64,000 bases of DNA from Eledone cirrhosa (GCA_964016885.1 OZ024748.1:4402001-4466000); one strand, 5' to 3'; numbered from the stretch's first letter, positions 16,040 through 32,357 are shown. Numbers and translations are program-made. Notes: generated from the letters alone by a model not told the origin.

Positions 16040-18482
16040 TTAGTTAGGAAAATAGACAGGCAGATAAATAGATAAACATATATTTCTAATAGATAGTTAG
16101 ATAGAAAAACAGACGGACAGATAAATATATAGACAGACAGATAGATAATGAGACAGATAGATAGTTAGATAGTTAGATTAATCTTATTCTGTTTTACGAA
16201 AGATCTTCCGTATCAAGTAGTTAGTCATAATAGTGACAATTGTGATAACATGTTATTTAACAGTGCAGTAATACAGAAAAGCTATTATCTATGCATATAT
16301 TTATGTACGTGTGCATATATGTATGCGGATGTATATATATGTTAGCACAAATCATCATTATATATATATTTTAACTTCCCATCATGTATGTATATATGTA
16401 TGTATGCCCGTATGTATATAAATATATTTTCTTTCATGAGTATTATATATTTCATATCATTTTTTGTTTGTATTTGAAACCGTTTTTACTATAGTTGTCG
16501 TCTTTCATATTATTAACAATAATTATTACCTAATTTCGTTCATTGGTTCCGGTTCCTCGAGCATTTTTCTTGTTTGTCTTCGAATATTTAAATTTTTCAT
16601 CGATTTTACAAACAAAATCATTGTTAGTAGCTTCTTCGTTATATATAAATACATACATACCTACATATATATATGTATATATATATATATATATATATAG
16701 TGTTTATGATGACGATGATGGTGGTGATTGTTGTATATTATCCATGCTTGCAACGTTGTTTGTCATTGTTATTGTTGTTGTTGCTGCTGTTGTTGTTGTT
16801 AAATATGGAGGTGGTGGTCGTTGTTTTAATATTAGTTCACGTTCCGTGGTGTAGGTGGTAAATTGATTGCCGGGGTCGATAAAATAAAGTACCAGTAATG
16901 CACTGGGTATTTGCTGGCCTTGTGTCAAAAGTAGAAACAATTATTATTATTATTATTATATTATATTATTATTATATCCCGCTGAGGTTGACTTTGCCTT
17001 TCATCCTTACGGGGTCGATAAAATAAAGTACCAGTAATACACTGGGTAATTGCTGGCCTTGTGCCTAAAGTAGAAACAATTATTATATTTTTACATCTGA
17101 CAATATTTCTTTCTCAATGTTTTTCTTTAAACCTTTTCCTTCACATATATATATATGTATGTATGATTCTTTTAATTGTGTTGCCCTTTCGTTAGTTTAT
17201 CTCGTTCCCTCCCGTTCTTGAACGGTTTTCTTCTTCTTAAACAAAAATCCAAACGAGGAAACAAACGTTTAAAAGACTATATTTCGACTGTAAATTTCTT
17301 TACTTCCGTTATTTCCATTTCTCCTCAGTCTCTCTTTCTTTCTTTCTTTTATCCGGGTAAATAGTAAGTAAGAAAGAAGAGGAAAGTTTATATATATATA
17401 TATATGTATGTATATATATATATATGTATATATATTTGTATATATATATGTAGTCCAGTGACTGAAACAAGTAAAAGAATGTGTTTGTTTGTGTTTATAT
17501 TAAACAAACAGGAGAAAATTAGTGGAAAGATTGAGGGATATTGAAATAAATAATTGTTGCTATATCGCTTGCTGGCTGCTGTACTGTTGCTGTTGTTGTT
17601 CTTATAGTAGCAGCAGCAGTGGTGATAGTAGTAGTAGTAGTAGTAGTAGTAGTCGTAATTGTCGTTCGCTTGTATGTACATATATGTGTATAAATCTGGG
17701 GGTTGGCCCGCACTATCTATCTAACTGTCTCTCTATATGTTTGTGTAGGGTGTGACATCTCTCCTCGCTCAGTATGTCACTCTCTCTGTCTTAAAAAAAA
17801 CGGTAAAATATTATTTATTCTACGCGTCTTATACACCAGCTGACGTATTTTATGTTTTGTCGTACGAATTCTCGTATCATATACTCTAGAAATTGTATGT
17901 ATAGTGTAAATGTAAATGTATGCTCTATGCTATATATATCATACACCGTAATATATCATTTTTCTCTGGCATACAAGTGACAGTCAACTGTAGATTCATA
18001 CGCAGTGAAATTACTGTAGTAGATTTATATTTGTTATTAGGCAAATAAAATGCATCCGTGATATGATCCGAGAGAGAGAGGGCGGTCTAGTGTAATAGTA
18101 TCTTACTTAGTTAGATATAACAAGCAAGCACAAATACTAAACATAGCTAAATATATCGATATACATAGAAATATATACAAATAGATAGCTACTGTTATTT
18201 CTTAGCTAGGTAAATAGATAGACAAGCAGAGAGAAAAATGGCGTGGTTGTTTTTTCGGAGGCGGGGGAGGAAATTATTTTTTTTTTGTTTGCAGTTTTGT
18301 TTTGTCTGTTTTTCCTCTGAATCCTCTGAAATACGGTGCTTTCGAGGCTGGTCCCTTATTTTTTTTCTTCAAAGTTTAGTTGAACGTTCGGTCTTAAGAA
18401 TCAAATTTCGTTTCTCTCTATCATAATATTTTCACAAGTTTTCCTCGATTTGTCTATCCATTCATTTTTTTTTGTCGTTCTT

Positions 18483-18533
<51 letters not shown>

Positions 18534-18684
18534 TATTATTTTTATTATCTTCTCACTTCTCTTCTACTTTTCCTCTCAACCATTTAACTCCATTCGCTCT
18601 CCTCTATCTCTTTTCTTTATTTTTACGTTTTTTGTTGTTGTTGTTGTTGCTGTTCTTAGCTTCTCTCCGTTTCTCTGTCACCGA

Positions 18685-18716
18685 GGTGACTCACGTGGCC
18701 TGCAGAAGACCAATCG
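18685..18716 (-). promoter_or_regulatory. Candidate Hox3 promoter element (CCAAT box + E-box overlapping an AP-1-like site)
   Basis: TGACTCACGTGG (18687-18698) and CCAATC (18710-18715) lie in a CpG-richer unique island about 3.2 kb 5' of the ATG. Motif evidence only. Confidence 0.3.
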
Positions 18717-19330
18717 GAACACGAAGCTCTCCTGCTCCGACTCCTCCTACCACTAATACCCGTCACACTTCCACTCAGCACGTAGACCACTGCCACCACC
18801 ACCACCACTACCACCGCTACTACCTCATAGTCGTCTTTCACAATATCCCATCCTCTCATTTTCCTCTCAGCTTGACAATATTTCTACTGCTTAGTCTCTC
18901 CCTCTTTCTCCACTCTTCTCAGTCTGTCACCCACTCTCTATAATTTCTTTCACCAGAATAGTCTCTCTTTCTCTCTCTCCCCCTCTGCAACTATCTATCT
19001 ATCTATCTATTTCATGAAAGGTGGGTGAAAGTGGCGAGAATGCCCCCAATGAATGGGCCTTCTCTCTATATCAGCCTGTAGGTTGAGGAAAAGGAGGAGG
19101 AGAGGAAAGGAGTACAAACTCTTCGTACTCCTGGAGATGAGGGTTGCACATTTTTTCGGGGGTATGTGTTACCCATATGTAATGTCTCCCCCTATTGGGG
19201 AAAATCGATTAACTTTTCAATTGCATTTGTGATAATATTTTACACGTTTTTATTGTATGTTAACTTCCCCCTTTGTATTTGTCCCCTTCTTTTGTGCCCC
19301 TGTGGCTAATAAAGAAACATATCCATCTAG

Positions 19331-19391
<61 letters not shown>

Positions 19392-19765
19392 CATCTATCT
19401 AGCTATCCATCCTCTCTGTCTTTTGTCCTTTCACTCTCCTCCCACCACACCTCTTACTTCGGATAATATTCTTGACATTATATCGTCTCCTCCCCCTGCA
19501 TCCCTTCCTCCTCCTCCTCCTCCTCCTCCTCCTCCTCCCCCTCCTCTTCCCTTGCTTGTGTTTGTTCTTGTCCTCACAGCAAACCCTCACAGCCCGTAAG
19601 AAATTGCGGAAACAAATAGGTGTGACCCCCCCCCCCCCCATATATATATATAACAACATTTCTACTAATGTATTGAGTACCTTACTATGGTTACCTCTGA
19701 TTGAACTCGAGGCTCATATATATATATATATATTGGTTTCTGGGGTCGGGTTTAACCCTCATCTA

Positions 19766-19815
<50 letters not shown>

Positions 19816-19910
19816 ATGAAATATCAATGATGGTTGGCAAATCACTGACGAGGGACTAATTTTATCATATGTAACCCATGTGCAACCACGCAGTATTCTT
19901 CTTTCTTCTC

Positions 19911-19964
<54 letters not shown>

Positions 19965-20374
19965 GATTCAGCGAGAATCGCATTTTCGGCGGGCAGGAAA
20001 AGCGAAGCGAAACGCAAAAATCAGAAATGATACTGGCAAAGTACTCAATAGTTAAAAACCAGAGCTAAACAATGTGTTAAGAAGCCATACAAAACTGAAA
20101 AGGTGGTCAAGAAAGCATTAACCACCCAAGCCAAAAACCAAATCAGGCTAAACAGGTCAAAACAATATAAATGATAATATATACATACATATGGTTTATT
20201 TCTCCTCTAAATTTCTCCTTTGTTACTCGAGTCTGCCTTTCTTTTTCTATCTTCCGCTGAAAGAATAATGTCCAAAACTTTATAATTTTTTTCCCCACTT
20301 ATATCAAGTGTTCACGCAATATACTATCATTGTATTGCTTTCGTCTGTTATATTTCCTTAAGTCTTTATATATA

Positions 20375-20472
<98 letters not shown>

Positions 20473-20658
20473 ATATATTTTATATATTATATATGTATAG
20501 AGAGAGAGAGGGAGAAGGAACAAGGGCAGTGTGGTTACTTGATAAAGTGTATTTAAAAATAAAAGGAAAGCACAAAGAAGGGACAGGTTCCCTCTTCATT
20601 TGTCTGCTGGGAGTCTCGGCCATTTCAACGCATATATATATATATTAGTTATATATAA

Positions 20659-20759
<101 letters not shown>

Positions 20760-20938
20760 ATAATAATAAATGGGAAGACTAAAATCCAAAGAGGGCTCGA
20801 TAAGGATAAATATATATTAAATATATAAGAACCGTAGAGCAAATATTTATTAAAATAACAGATTAAAGTTTAAGCAAAGAATCGCTGCTTTCACCCATAA
20901 CGATTCTTTGCTTTAACTTTAATCTGTTATTTTAATAA

Positions 20939-20970
<32 letters not shown>

Positions 20971-21310
20971 ATATTAGTTATATATATAACGGCTTGTGTG
21001 TGTTTGCATATGTATAAATACATAGGGAGGGAGTGAAAGAGAGGGGAGAGCAGATATATATATGTGTGTGTGTGTGTCTTATATGTATGTATGTGTATCA
21101 CATTACAATGAGTTAAACACATACCACACGTAAATATGTGTATGCATGCATGCACACATGTGCAGTCGAAAATGTTTACAACTCGTAAAAAGAAAGACTG
21201 CGTTCTGTGTGTCTGTGTGTCTGCTTGCCTGTCCAAGACTTTCAGACTGTTATTAACAAGCACATTACATGATAAAATGCATACATACAAGCACACATAT
21301 ACACACACAC

Positions 21311-21364
<54 letters not shown>

Positions 21365-21409
21365 TAAAATACAAATATTAATAAAATAGATGTTCTTGTG
21401 ATCAATTAA

Positions 21410-21462
21410 ATTTTATTATACATATTTCAGAGGTACAACAGTATGTCCTCATCAGATAAAAT
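21410..21462 (-). ncRNA. Type I hammerhead fold, family A, inverted twin of 21596-21648
   Basis: The reverse complement is identical except GTAC>ATAC in stem II. It is part of the 21361-21700 palindrome. Confidence 0.7.
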
Positions 21463-21595
21463 AAAATGATTCATGACATACCCTGAGATATTAAATGGTT
21501 AAGATTTAATCAAGGTAGTGATACTACCTTGATTAAATCTTAAATCTTAAATCTTAACCATTTTTATCATCTCAGGGTATGTCATGTATCATTTT

Positions 21596-21648
21596 ATTTT
21601 ATCTGATGAGGACGTACTGTTGTACCTCTGAAATATGTATAATAAAAT
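21596..21648 (+). ncRNA. Type I hammerhead ribozyme fold, family A
   Basis: ATTTTAT-CTGATGA-GGACGTAC-TGTT-GTACCTCT-GAAA-TATGTA-TA^ATAAAAT. Confidence 0.75.
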
Positions 21649-21910
21649 TTAATTGATCACAAGAACATCTATTTTATTAATATTTGTATTTTAATATTAA
21701 TAACTCTGGAAAATATTTTTTATGTAGAGTGCTTCCAATCTACTGTAAAACTCATTCTTTGGTGTACTCATTGAATCTTGTTTAACTCTTTAATATATAT
21801 ATATATAAAAAAGGTAAACAGAAATAACAACGCAATCGGTACAGTATATGGAAGGGATATATTAGGTTAATGCTTGATATAGCAGGAAGAGGGTCTTAAA
21901 TTTTCGGACA

Positions 21911-22025
<115 letters not shown>

Positions 22026-22264
22026 TGGTGTGGGGTGCTTAAACGTCCGTATGCGGTAGGCTGTTTGGGCACTCGATGCTTTTACAGAGCAAAGTATAAT
22101 ATCACATAAGAAACGGAAGAATCGAGACGTATCCGAGGACCTTGCGATTTCAGAGTCAGGTTCGATCATTGCATCGACCGTGCCTCGAGTTGGTCGCCAG
22201 AGAAACGATTGTAATATGTCTAATAAATTTTATCCGTCGCACCACTGATTCTCCGTTTTTTATT

Positions 22265-22376
<112 letters not shown>

Positions 22377-22702
22377 CGAAAATACAGTATTGAAATTGAA
22401 GCGGTGGATAGTTTTGAAATTCGTAGAAAATATAATAATAGGAGGGAAGATCAATTAAATCGACCCTAGTGCGTGACTGGTACTTTATTTTATCGAACCC
22501 GTAAGGATAAAAAGCAAAGCTAAACTCGGCAGGATTTGAACCCAGAACGTAAAGGGCCGTCGAAGACAATTCCACCACACGTGTTGGTTGCTGGTTATTC
22601 CTCCACGATTTACTCTCATTTGCATTGGTGCACTCTATGGTGCCAGACCTTTGAAATTCTACTATGTATGATTTCAAACCGCTTCTGTTGTCCACTGAAC
22701 TA

Positions 22703-22896
22703 CAGACCTAAAAACCTCTAAAAACCCAAACGGGGAGTACCATGAATAAAATGCCCCCAAAACGAGGAGAAATGAGGCAAAATGGGGAGATTTTACATAA
22801 TGAAAGTTATACCTATTTTCACAAGAGAAGACATCTCTCACCTATCCTAAATTGGTGGGAGATCTCCCCATCCGGTGGGGAGAGTAGACAGGTCTG
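22703..22896. mobile_element. MITE, empty paralogue of 37616-37985
   Basis: Ends CAGACCT / AGGTCTG with co-linear internal sequence. Confidence 0.75.
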
Positions 22897-23801
22897 CCAG
22901 TACTTTTGAGCTTGCCATTAATTAGAGGTTTATTAATATTTTAATCAATTGTATAATGCGTTACCCCAGTTTAAATAAGATATACTAATTAAAGATTAGT
23001 AGTGCGATTATTCAAATTAGCTAATTAAAGACTAGTAATACCATTATTTAAATTAGAACTTGGTTGTAGAATTATAATATATATGTAAACCCGCGGCGAA
23101 TTTTTCTTTCGAATAGCAAACTCTACCGCGATCAAATTAACAACGGAGATGTTTCATTGAAAGAGATTTCGTTGCTATTTCTAGCAGACCGTGGTTCCAA
23201 ATTAGTATTATAGCTCCCACGTTGACTCGGCGTTGAGTTGGTTGATATATTATAGGGTGTGGCGAAGATTTGCTTATCTTCTATTCTGTTTTTTCAATGG
23301 AATGGTAATTTCGGTAATCAAAATGGATAAGTGGCACTTTGCCACGATAGACCTTATTCGTCTAAGTGCATCATTACAGCAGAACGGAATTCCATTGGAA
23401 GCGTTCCATATGACGCGAGAAGAAGAATAAGACAACAAGACATAAAATAAGGTTTTCGTGAAATCTCTATAACTTCTACGTGTTATCAGCTATGAAAAAA
23501 GGAGACAAATAAAGCCAAAACTTACCGCAGGTATAATCATTGTTAAACAACGTAGACGATGATTGTTTTGGAGCCAACATTTTCCATTTTTAACAAGCTA
23601 ACAACCACGTAATAACTATTACTGTAGGAGCCAATTGTGGTATTGTTAACAGATCTTTATCTCTAACACTTCTGTGGGTATATATTCTCTTACTTCCTAT
23701 ATGAATTGTTAGGTTAAATAGTTGTCTATTAGATAAGTAATATTATATGATGTTGTGAAGTTAGTAGCACCACCTATGACTCTTGCGTTGTATCGGGGGT
23801 C

Positions 23802-23883
<82 letters not shown>

Positions 23884-23975
23884 CCGTCGGGTTCCTGACT
23901 CTTTTCCTATTACCCACTCTACTACCCTAAGTATTGAGTGCTCTGGTGCGTTATGGTTTCTTACCACACTTCCTT

Positions 23976-24006
<31 letters not shown>

Positions 24007-24407
24007 CGAGTATATATATATATATATAAATTAACTATGGGGATATAAAGTATACAGCAGCGAAGTCCAACCCAAACCAAACAGTGAGTGTGTTCTGCCA
24101 TTATTTCTGGCCTATATTATAACAATATGACCTTCCCCAAATATAACAATTTATATATATATATATAAATATATATATATATGTACAAATATATATATAC
24201 ATAGTTAACAGTAACAGAAACCCTCCATCTCAATTTTACTTTTGAAATTCATAAGAAATCGGCAAATTAAATAATTCTTCTTAAAAGACTCCAGTTGCAT
24301 TTTCAATTTCTTTTCCCTATATTTTTACCCGTGTGGAGCATTTTAAAAATGTCGTTTTAAAAAGGTGTATATATGCATGTATGTATTTATGCATATATGT
24401 GTGTATG

Positions 24408-25488
24408 TTCTTCTGGTTTTATAATTTCACAAATTTTTACCAATAGAAAGAATCGGTTTCTAACATAGACACAAAACTCTCTCATTGGAATTTACACAAC
24501 ATCAACTAGGTAGATTATGTATGCATGTCTGCATGTGTAGATATGGATGTTATTGTATGTGTGGATGTGGATGTTTTGAGTTGTATGTGTGCATGTATAT
24601 ATGCTTTGTATCTGTACATGTGTATATGCAGTTATTAGATGCAAAATATTTGGAACGTTTTACATATTTTTACTGTTCCATTAATGGATTGTACTTGTAA
24701 TTGCCTAACTAGTTGTGTTCTTTCTGTTCCTGTGAAGCCCAGCTTCACAAGATTTGTATTGAGGCAGTTACTAACATACCCCAGTGCCCCAATAATCACA
24801 GGCATAAATCTGAAGGTGTAATCAGGGTGAAGTATCTGCAGATTTCTCATCAGTTCTGCATAAATATTTTCCTTTTCGCTAATCTTTGATATTATATTGG
24901 CATCTGCTGGGCAGCTAATTTCCACTACTGTGCATGCTTTCTTCTCCCTGTCCCATATCATAATATCTGGTCTGTTATGCCTGCATTTTATTGGGGGTTT
25001 TACTGGAACATTCCACCAGTACTCTTTCATATTATGTACATGGATGTCTTCCACATTGCTGCAGCTTTTAATGTGTTTATTATCGGAGCTATCTTTTTTA
25101 CGAACTGCATTGTACAGTGTTTTGGCCACTACATCATGCCTCATAGGTAGATAGTACTGCGATGACATCTTTGGACAGCTGCTGATGACATGGGTGATAT
25201 CCTCGATGTTAGTTCTGCAGAGTCTGCACTTGTTATCACATCTAGGTGTTTTGCCTGCATCCCTATCTCTTTTGTGAATCAGGTATTTCGTGTTAATCTC
25301 CTGTTCTTGGATTGCAAAAGCGTATCCTTCAAAGTTGGTCCAAGATAGACTACTTTCCTTATTTATACTACTCTCACTCTGGAGCTTCCTGTCAACATAT
25401 CCATGCATGATTTTTTGCTGATAAGCATGCAGTTTTTCATCCATGGATTCACTGCGATACTGCTGAGCGACTTCCCTGGGTGTGAGTT
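24408..25488 (-). mobile_element. R4/Dong-clade non-LTR retrotransposon 3' fragment (CCHC knuckle + restriction-like endonuclease)
   Basis: CRLC...EDITHVISSC zinc knuckle, RHD, NRPDI...VVEISCP...K RLE motifs and VIIGALG. Stop near 24635, then a 3' UTR ending ...ATAAAACCAGAAGAA. Both ends abut (TACA)n-type repeats. Confidence 0.88.
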
Positions 25489-25626
25489 GTATGTATGTAT
25501 GTATGTATGTATGTATGTATGTATGTATGTATGTATGTATGTATGTATGTATGTATGTATACATGAATGTATATATGTATGTACGTATATATGTATGTAT
25601 ATATGTATATATGCAAGCAAGTATGC

Positions 25627-25663
<37 letters not shown>

Positions 25664-26271
25664 TGCAGCCAAAAAATAGGATTATGGTGTTAATTAATTA
25701 TATTTAATTAAAATAGTAGATGACTAATAAGGTAAAGAAACAGAATTTATAGCAACAGAGAGGGAATAGATTCTCAACATTAGTACAAGAATATGGAGTT
25801 GATAGTAAATGATACAAAACCACGATAAAGAGATGTAAAAAGGATCGATCGACTTTCGTCAAATAGGACCGAGGAAACAATGTTTCCATTGGTCTTTCCA
25901 ATTGCTAATACTATCTATTGGTCGCAACTTCAGGTAGAAGGATCAACGTGAAATAAAGTGTCTTGCTCAAGGACATAACGCATCGCCCGGTCCAGGAATC
26001 GAACTCACAACATCACGATTGTGAATCCAATTCTTTAACCACTCAGCCACACGCCTTCACTAGAGATGTATCATATCATAAGATCCCCGTTTAAGAACAT
26101 TTAATGGTTTACAGTGATACCAAGTTCCCAAAATACACCACAATTTCAACAAAACAACACAATTTCGGTTGTATTGGAGGATTAGAGACAAGGGGTAAGA
26201 TGAGATGAAAAAAACCTGATAAAAAATGGGACAAATACACACACAGACACACACACGCGTGTGTGTGTATA

Positions 26272-26366
<95 letters not shown>

Positions 26367-26429
26367 CTGTGTATATACACACACACATATATATATGTGT
26401 GTATATATATATATATGTATGTATGTGTA

Positions 26430-26462
<33 letters not shown>

Positions 26463-26509
26463 ATATATATATGTATGTATGTGTATATATATATGTATGT
26501 ATATATACG

Positions 26510-26590
<81 letters not shown>

Positions 26591-26625
26591 GTATGGATGT
26601 ATGTATATGTATATATATACATACG

Positions 26626-26681
<56 letters not shown>

Positions 26682-26777
26682 CACAGTTCTTTTTGCACTC
26701 TCAGTGATTAAATAACTCACTTAGATGAATAGAATTGTACTGCCTGGGTTCAAGTGAGTTTATATAATATGTATGTG

Positions 26778-26871
<94 letters not shown>

Positions 26872-27347
26872 TTTGTGTGTGTGTAGTTAGGTATGCATAC
26901 ACACATACATGAACAAATACACACTCGCACATATATAAGTGTGTACGTACGCGTGTGTATGTGTGTATGTGTGTGTGTGTATGTGTGTATGTCTGTATGT
27001 GTGTATGTGTGTGCCTTTTTTGTGTCTGATAAAAAAAACTGTGCTGGTTCCTTGTGGAACGCTTTTGATCATAATTCCTCTACTGACACAGGTTTTACAT
27101 GTGGTCCCGTGGAGCTAAACCACAACAACAACAACTATAACAACAACTATAACAACAACTATAACAACAACTATAACAACAACTACTACGATAGCAACAT
27201 TAACACTACAACAACCACCACAACAACATTAACAACAATTACTACAACAATAACAACAACAACATCATTAACCACAACCACTACAACAATAACAACGACA
27301 ACCACTGCAACATAAACAACAACAACAACCACAACAACCACAACTAC

Positions 27348-28025
27348 TGGTTAAGGAGTTAGCTAGGCAATCATTAGGTCCCATGTTCTATTCTGTTGTG
27401 TGACATTTTGAACAAAGATTATTTACCACAGACTCGGGTCGATCCATGCCATTTGAGTGGAATTGTGTTGATGGAAACTGTTTGGAAGTCCTTCTCATAG
27501 ACTGTACCAGTAATTAAAAGGGAGCCAGCTTTGTTACACATACTGTGTAACACTGAATCTCCCTGAGAATTATATTAATCTTGTGAGGTAACTGTGAGAA
27601 AGCTCAGCTAGTCACACGTTAATTTCATAAGCAAACTGTACCGGTTCCGTTGCTCAAACAATTGGAAGACTTAGCGTCGAAACTGACGGAAGCCAGCCTT
27701 GTCACACACACACTGTGTCACTGAATCTCCCTGCGGATTATGTTAATGTTACATATAACTGTAGAAAGCTCAGCCACTCACACCTTAATTTTATGATTAA
27801 GCTGTTCCCTTTCGTTGCTCAAACAATTGGAAGACTTAGCGTCGAAATCGACGGAAGCCAGCTTTGTCACACACACTGTGTCACTGAATCTCCCTGAGAA
27901 TTATGTAAATGTTACACTTAACCGTAGAAAGCTCAGCCACTCACACATTAATTTTAAGATTAAGCTGTTCCGGTTCCTTTGTTCAAACAACTGGAAGACA
28001 CAGCGTCGAAACCGACAGAAGACCG
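27348..28025 (+). mobile_element. SINE family 3 with triplicated ~166-bp 3' segment
   Basis: Decayed tRNA/CORE-like head at 27348-27500. The unit AGCCAGC..TGTCACAC..CTGAATCTCCCTGAGAATTA recurs at 27523, 27691 and 27856. Related single copies lie at about 12490-12720 and 28625-28740 (-). Confidence 0.7.
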
Positions 28026-28745
28026 TTCCACCCCTTCCTTCCTTACATTTCTAACCAATTCGCTTCCTTACATAAACAGCTGTAGCCAGGAGATGCATGT
28101 AGTAAGAATGAAGCTATGGAAGTCATCGGTTTACCGATAATAACTGTACAATTGCCGTGGTTCCGACACGACCATAAAACTGCTATATATCATTTCAAAT
28201 GGCGTTTCATAAATCAGTTAACTTTCTCCCTTCTCCCTACCTTCCCCCACACCCCTCTCTCCCCTACATTCCCCTCTCCCCTCCCTTAACAATTCCGGAA
28301 TGCTTTCTGAACCTTGAACTGTAATTCTGTCATTCTCTCCGTTCGATAATTCAATTATTTCGTTTAAAAATCGTTTCGGTCTTTTCGGACCGGTAATTCA
28401 ATAATTTCGTGTTAATGTTCCGTAAACATTGAACTTTTCGGACAAATTCTAAAATTTCTGTCTTACAGCTACACCCATCCCCACCAGTTCCACCACCATC
28501 CCTCCCTACCAGTTCCACCACCATCCCCCCACCAATTCCACCACCACCATCATTATTACCATACTAACCAATGCCTCCAACGCCACTACCATCATAATTT
28601 CATGTACACTCATTTACAAATATGCATTCAATGGACCACCGTCGGTTTCGATGATGAGTGTTTCAGTTAATCAACAGAACAGCTTGCTCATGAACTTAAC
28701 CTGTATGTAGTTGAGTATTTTCCAGAAACGTGTACATTTAATGTA

Positions 28746-28844
<99 letters not shown>

Positions 28845-29538
28845 GGATGCTTAGTAAAATCGAATCTTTGGCGGTGTGCAAGAAAATTCGACCTACTATA
28901 TGAATGAGTTAGCAAAGCACTCGACAAGGTAGGTCCTTAGAGTAATAACATACGTTTAAATAGATTGTGGTAGGAAAAATCTAACACAATATACCAAAGT
29001 AACGAAAGAACTAACAGGTTGAGAAAAAATACACCTGGATAAATCAAACGCTGTACGTTTAAAGTGTTTCTATGAATCCGAAATCAAATATCAGACTTAC
29101 GTAACTGGCAAGCTCGTGGTATTCATGATCGAACAGAGGATTCAATTCATCAACAGGTTTTCGTTCTACCAAGGAACGGGGCGAGATGCTAAATGTTGCC
29201 GCTAGCTGCAGCTAATCGTATATTTAGTTGTCACGTGTTATTTCCAGCAAGGGAAATAACCCTCGGATTTTGGCGGGTCATTCAAAATGTTAGACAAAGG
29301 AAATATTATAATTCCCGCTAACTTTCAGAAAAAGCTCTCGACCAGATGTTATATATATATATATGAGGTCCGGATTCAATCGGGGGTAACTACAGAAAGT
29401 AAGGTACTCAATACATTAGTAGAGTGTAAACATCATATTTAATATAGAAATGGCTTCTACAGGACTAGAATTGTTTCATGATGATTTCTTTGGAATGAAA
29501 CTGTTCTAGTCTTGTAGAAGCCATTTCTATACTAAATA

Positions 29539-29665
<127 letters not shown>

Positions 29666-30090
29666 AGAGAGAGGGAGAGAGAGAGAGAGAGAGAGAGAAG
29701 AGAGAGAGAAGAGGACAAAGGAAGAGATTTAGACGAAGAATCGAACTCAATACTTCACTGGTACTTTATTTTATGTATTTGATCCCAGAGAGCTGGAGAG
29801 AGTAACTTAACACAAGGTATTTTATCCAACATTATTTGGATTCTGCCAAGTGCGGAAGATTGTCAGTATCGGTAGAACGTCGGACACCCTGCTTCTCGGC
29901 ATAGAGGTACATCCCTTTAACTTTACATTCTGATTTCAAATCCCACCATGGTTAGCATTGCTTTTCATCCTTATAGAGTTGATGATAAAATAAAGTACCA
30001 GTCACAAACTCGGGTCGATTTAATTGACTCCTTATCTTTAAATTGCAGGCCTTGTACTTAAATCAGAAACCATTATTTCGTCTTTGCATT

Positions 30091-30277
30091 AGCGGTGAAT
30101 TGGCAGTATCGGTAGAGGGTCGGACGCCATGCTTTGACGCATAGAGTCACGGCCCTTGCCATTCTGAGTTCAAATCCCGCCAAAGTTAACATTGCCTTTC
30201 ATCCTTACGGGGTCGATAAAATAAAGTGCCAGTAACGTACTGGATAATTTACTGACCTTGTGCCAAAAAGTAGAAAC
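30091..30277 (+). mobile_element. tRNA-derived SINE family 1 (Meta-domain-like core), full length
   Basis: A box TGGCAGTATCGG, B box GAGTTCAAATCC, core TTGCCTTTCATCCTTACGGGGTCGATAAAATAAAGT.CCAG and tail ...AGTAGAAAC. Other copies at about 6566-6700 (-), 16870-17080 (+), 22460-22560 (-), 29851-30070 (+), 44795-44940 (+), 47747-47855 (+), 59428-59597 (-), 60320-60720 (both strands) and 62985-63250 (-). Confidence 0.9.
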
Positions 30278-31277
30278 CATTGTTTCGTCTCTGCTAATCC
30301 ACCGCCTATTTATGAGACCTAACGTTAACTTTTCTGAAAATAGTGGGTGTGCTATTTCTGGTAGGTTCAGTGACCACTTCAGACACATGTGCTCGGCTTG
30401 GGTTGCGATTAAATTCCTGAAAGAGAGGATTTAACACAGAGATTCTATCACAGAAACCTCTTTCCACCCCACGGTTGCAACGATCTTATCCACAGGGTTA
30501 GTGTCCCATGGGACAAATAATTGTGAACATATAAACTTATCTTTAAAATCATTCTTCATAATGTCAAGGATGTTAGTTTCAACTCCGATTGTGATATATA
30601 TGTATGGAAAAATAAATAGTTAAAAGCAGAAACAAAAATTGATCACCGTCGTATTTTTAATATAACATACATATGCACACGCACACATACTCACGGATAA
30701 GTGTATATATACATATACATACACACACATACACACACATGCATACACACACATATATATACACACATATATATATACATTTATATATATATATATATAC
30801 ACACACACAAACATACACACACATATATATATATATACACATATATATATATATACATATATATATATACACACACAAACACACACACATATATATGCAT
30901 ACATGCATACATATATACACACACATATATGTATATATATATATATATATATATACAGATATACGTATATATACACACACACATATACATATAGATAGAT
31001 GTATAAATACACACACACACATAAGGATTGGTATGGTTACATATTCTTAAATACAATGCTATATACACACACATACTCATATATATTTACACGGTTAGTA
31101 TCACAATTACAGACCCCCCACATACACACATACCCCCCCCCCCCACATGCATATACGAATGCACATACATATTTATATACACACAAATGCATATGACAAA
31201 TTGTGTTAATTCACATTTGATGCAAGCATAAACAACAGCTGTTGGTGCTGCTGCAACTACTACTACTACTACTACCT

Positions 31278-31335
<58 letters not shown>

Positions 31336-31401
31336 GCTGCTACTAAATATTTGTACATATATCACACGTATATATATGTATATATAAATATATATGTACA
31401 C

Positions 31402-31440
<39 letters not shown>

Positions 31441-31525
31441 CATATATATATACACAAATATATATGTATAGATATACACACACACATATATATATATATA
31501 TGTATATATAAATATATATGTATAG

Positions 31526-31572
<47 letters not shown>

Positions 31573-31603
31573 CACACACATACACACACATATATATATG
31601 TAC

Positions 31604-31637
<34 letters not shown>

Positions 31638-31667
31638 GTAGACACACACACATATATATATATGTGT

Positions 31668-31699
<32 letters not shown>

Positions 31700-31895
31700 G
31701 TACACACACACACATATATATATACACACACACATATATATATATATATATGTACACACACACACATATATATATATATATACACACACACACATATATA
31801 TATATATATGTACACACACACACATATATATATATATACACACACACACACATATATATATATATATGTACACACACACACATATATATATATAT

Positions 31896-31927
<32 letters not shown>

Positions 31928-32253
31928 GTACACACACACACACATATATATATATACACACACACACATATATATATATATATATGTACACACACACACA
32001 TATATATATATATATACACACACACATATATATATATATATATATGTGTACACATATAAACTTTAGAAAATTAACAAAGAGAGGACAAGACATCGAACGA
32101 AGAATATTTTTTAAGGGAAAACCTTAAAAAAACATAAAAAAAAACAAAACTAATGAAGGACACAGAACTCCAGCGTCATCATTCGTTCAGGTGGACTATA
32201 TATATACAGGGTGTCTGTATACATACTTCAACACACACACACATACACACACT

Positions 32254-32357
<104 letters not shown>

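Noticed and set aside
30091-30190. tRNA genes at A/B-box motifs
   Set aside because: No cloverleaf is present. The boxes are heads of multi-copy SINEs.
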